A stretch of 64,000 bases of DNA from Eledone cirrhosa (lineage: Eukaryota). The notes under the pieces were generated by a model, which had not been told where the DNA came from, ran no database searches, and worked only from the letters and a program-made list of their open reading frames with translations. This document shows, piece after piece, positions 60,139-64,000 of this stretch (positions are counted from its first letter, which is position 1; every line of letters starts with the position of its first letter). The DNA is taken from the NCBI GenBank assembly GCA_964016885.1, contig OZ024751.1, positions 53,258,001 through 53,322,000 of the forward strand. The letters run 5' to 3'. The position numbers and the translations under genes were made by a program.

Positions 60139-60707
60139 GTAGGGTTAACTATCATAAGTGATGATAGAAGAGGTAAAAAGCAAGAGGAAATGTGACTGAA
60201 GTATAGAGTTGCGAGCAAACTGTGAATTGAAGTTGGAATGGACCTCCGTTGGTCTCGACGATTAGTGTTACAGTTGATTGATCAACAGAACAACCTGCTC
60301 ATGAAATCAACATGTAAGTGACCGAGCATTTTATAGAGATGTGTAACTTTAACGTGATTCAAATGAAGATTCAGTGTATTCATAGTATATGACAATGGTG
60401 GCCTATTGAATTTCAAGTACAATCAATTCTTTTGAAGGGCATCTAAAGGACATTTGCTTAATATACCACCAGGGACCGTATGCTGTGGCCAAGTTATCTA
60501 CTGAAAATAGCAGCCAAATTCCCTCAGATCCCATTCTTTTCTCAAAAAGAAGGAATAAAACATTAGGCAATATATTCCTAGATACACAATGGTTGAATAA
60601 AAGGTCTTCAAGGCTGGAGTGGCTAAGATTATAAGTTTGGTGGGGAGGGGCTTAATGAGCAAAATAAAATAAAAACTTTAACGCCTTGTCAATCAGATCT
60701 GACCTTA

Positions 60708-60740
60708 ACAACAACAATGACAACAATAACAACAGCAACA

Positions 60741-60778
<38 letters not shown>

Positions 60779-60885
60779 GCTGCTGCTGCTACTACTGCTG
60801 CCGCTACTGCTGCTGCCGCTACTGCTGCTGCTGCTGCTACTGCTCCTTCTCCTCCTCCTACTACTACTACTACTAACTACTACTA

Positions 60886-60916
<31 letters not shown>

Positions 60917-60939
60917 CGCTACTGCTGCTACTGCTACTG

Positions 60940-60975
<36 letters not shown>

Positions 60976-60991
60976 ATAATAATAATAATAA
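60708..60991. repeat. Compound trinucleotide repeat (AAC/CTA/CTG/TAA)n
   Basis: Directly visible. Confidence 0.95.
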
Positions 60992-63082
60992 TGTCAGGTG
61001 AGGTACCAGAGTGGTTGACAAAAGGTACCACAGTTCTGATAATGAAAGACCGAATCAAGGGTAATGATGTTACCAACTATAGACCTATTACATGTCTGTC
61101 CGTAATGTGGAAACTGTTGACGAGCATTGTGTCTGAGGAAATCTACCATCACCTCCACACAAACAACTTGTTACCGGACGAACAGAAAGGATGCCGAAAG
61201 AAGTCACGTGGTACAAAGGACCAGTTACTTATTGATAAGATGGTAATGGGGAATTGCAGGAGGAGACACACTGATCTTGCCATGGGATGGATAGACTACA
61301 GAAAGGCATTTGACATGGTGCCTCATTCTTGGATCACCAAAAGCCTGGAGATCTTCAAGGTGGCAGATAACATCAGACAGTTGTTGGGCAAGAGTATGAG
61401 GTCCTGGGAAACAGAGTTGACATCAACTGGAGAATCCTTGGGAAGCGTGAAGATCAAGAGAGGTATCTTCCAGGGAGATAGCCTGTCCCCTCTGTTGTTT
61501 GTCCTTGCCCTGATGCCCCTGACCAGTGTACTGCGAAAAGTGAGAGCAGGATACAGGTTGGGAAAGGGAGGGCTTACCATCAATCACCTCCTCTTCATGG
61601 ACGATCTTAAGCTCTTCGGGAAGAGTGAGAAGGAGTTGGATGTGCTTGTTGACACTGTCCATATTTTCAGCAGTGATATATGTATGCAGTTTGGTATTAG
61701 TAAGTGTGGAGTCATTGTGATGAGGAGGGGTAGGTTGAGCAGAAGTAACGGCATCCAGATACCAACAGGTGAGATGATAAAGGAAATTGACTCTGAGGAA
61801 GGATACAAGTATTTGGGCGTTCTGGAGGCTGATGGCATAAAGAACAAAAAAAATGAAGGAATTGTTAAGAACTGAATACATTCGGAGAGTAAGGAGCGTA
61901 TTGAAGTCACATCTGAACAGCAGAAATGCCATAAGCGCAGTAAATTCCCGAGCTGTGTCTATTATTAGGTACAGTGCGGGAATTCTGAGATGGAATGTTG
62001 CTGAACAAAAAGAAATGGATAGGAAGACTAGGAAGCTATTGACTATCTACAACATGTTCCACAAGAGGAGTGATGTCGATAGACTCTACCTAAGGAGATC
62101 TGAGGGTGGAAGAGGTCTTATCAGCATAGAGGACTGTGTTCAGATGGAGAAAAACAACCTACACAAATACGTGACTGATAGTAAGGAGCCAATTCTCAGA
62201 ACTGTACTGAACGAGGGGATGTCCAAGGAGGAAATAACATCAAGGAGAAAGAGCAAAATCCCTTCATAGTACCTTCTTTGAGAAAACTGAATTTAGAGAT
62301 CCACAGACATGGAACTGGTTGAGAAGAGGAGACCTTAAATAGGCTACAGAAGGAATGTTAATGGCTGCGCAGGAGCAGGCCCTCAAAACGAAGTGGTTGA
62401 AACACCATATTTACAAGGAGGAGGCTAGCCCACTGTGCAGGATCTGTGGAGAGAGAGGAGACTGTGGCTCACATTGTATCCGAGTGTAAACACCTAGCCC
62501 AGACCCACTATAAGGGCTGGAGACATGATGTGATGGGCAGGGTGATCCACTGGCACCTGTGCAAAGTAAACAATCTACCACATTCTGAGAAATGGTATGA
62601 GCATAAGCCAGAGGCGGTGATGGAGAACGATCAGGTGAAGGTGCTGTGTGATTTTAGGATACAGACGGACAAGAAACTGGAACACAATAGACCTGACCTG
62701 GTGGTTGTGGACAAAGAAAAAAGATCGTGTCTGATTGTGGATGTGGCCTGCCCATTCGACACGAGAGTGCAAGAGAAGGAGAGGGAGAAAATTAACCGAT
62801 ACCAGGACTTAAAGTGGGAGGTAAAAAGGATTTGGAACTGCCATGAAGTCAAAGTGATCCCGATTGTCATAGGCGCACTGGGGACTATCTCAAAAAGTTT
62901 CCAGGGATGGTTAAAGAAAATCGGCCCCTTCACGCTTTTTGGAACGCTTCAAAAGGCATGCTTGCTGGGAACAGCAAGAACCCTCCGATACGTCCTGAAT
63001 ATCTGAGGCTGCAGGTAGTGGCTTGATATTCATTCCAACGGACTTTCCGGTTAACTAACATCAATGACTGAGACTCAAGGAG
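60992..63082 (+). mobile_element. 5'-truncated R4/Dong-clade non-LTR retrotransposon in (TAA)n
   Basis: RT ([34 protein letters not shown]), EGGRGL, CCHC (CRIC..ETVAHIVSEC), RHD, and RLE motif RPDLVVVD..IVDVACPFD..K..Y. Has frameshifts; (TAA)n on both sides. Confidence 0.92.
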
Positions 63083-63110
63083 TAATAACAATAATAATAA
63101 TAATAATAAT

Positions 63111-63482
63111 GTTTTCTTTATTAACCACAAGGGTTTACATAAAGTAGACATTAAGGACAGTACAGGACAATACAGGACGGTACAAATGGGCATTTCTGCG
63201 TGTAAAAAAAACAGAGGATGTAATAAAATAACAAAGAAAAATTCCCCAATAGGAGGGAGACTTCCGAGGGACATTTGTGGAGAAAGCCCATTAAAAGACC
63301 ACAGTGACCCTGACCACCAGGGCAAGTGCCCTCTCCCAGTTTTCCATCTTTAATTTACAGACACATACTCAGAGAAGGCCCATTCATTCGGGCCATACTT
63401 GCTTCTCTCACCCATCTTTCAACAAAATGCTGGGAAGAGAGCACTTCCCTCTCTACCCTGATTTTCCTTTTCAAATGAAATT

Positions 63483-63486
<4 letters not shown>
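63111..63486 (-). mobile_element. 3' stub of a related Tx1-clade family within (TAA)n
   Basis: FKFHLKRKIRVEREVLSSQHFVERWVREASMARMNGPSLSMCL; terminus TTGTGGTTAATAAAGAAAAC; (TAA)n on both sides. Confidence 0.85.
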
Positions 63487-63547
<61 letters not shown>

Positions 63548-63708
63548 AACAACAACAACAACAACAACATCAACCATTCATTGTTTTACACGTATGATTC
63601 CCACACCTGTACATAATACCACATCGACCTGTCTTAATCGATAATCCAATCACAACCTATGCAGTAGTTTGGTTGCTTCTCTTTGCGCAGCTGCTGCTGA
63701 TGTTGCTG

Positions 63709-63777
<69 letters not shown>

Positions 63778-64000
63778 AAGTTCTATTGTTGTTGTTACTA
63801 CTAAAGCTGTTGCTACTGTTGCTGGTGGTGCTGCAATGATAGACATACCAAATGCAGTAAACGTGGCTGTGACATTCACAAAAGCATAAATAAAACTCAG
63901 CTATTTTAGGGTCCCAAAAGCACACACATCCCTGTGCATCTCTTGTCATACTATCGCCTTCGTCACTATCGTTGTGACCTTGTCCTACAAAACTTTCTGT

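Overview
Very AT-rich, microsatellite-dense animal DNA, most likely octopus (inferred from SINE types, LINE repertoire and (TA)n/(CA)n load). I see no host exon I can support, so it is probably intronic or intergenic. Almost all short ORFs in the track are microsatellite artefacts. The recognisable coding remnants are all retrotransposons: a young 5'-truncated Tx1-clade LINE in (TCTA)n plus five 3' stubs, at least three Penelope-like (RT + GIY-YIG) families, an RTE LINE with a PHD-like finger, an R4/Dong element in (TAA)n, and a CRE-like 3' fragment missed by the ORF track. tRNA-derived SINEs, MITEs and two minisatellites (36 bp, 83 bp) are also present. The main signal is about 25 type-I hammerhead ribozyme motifs from roughly a dozen unrelated short element families. 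Nearly all sit in (TA)n, many as head-to-head fold-backs. They include core variants (U3-A8 swap; CUGAAUGA) and share a covarying RCTC...GAGY hairpin near the 3' end. Coordinates were read by eye and may be off by a few bases.
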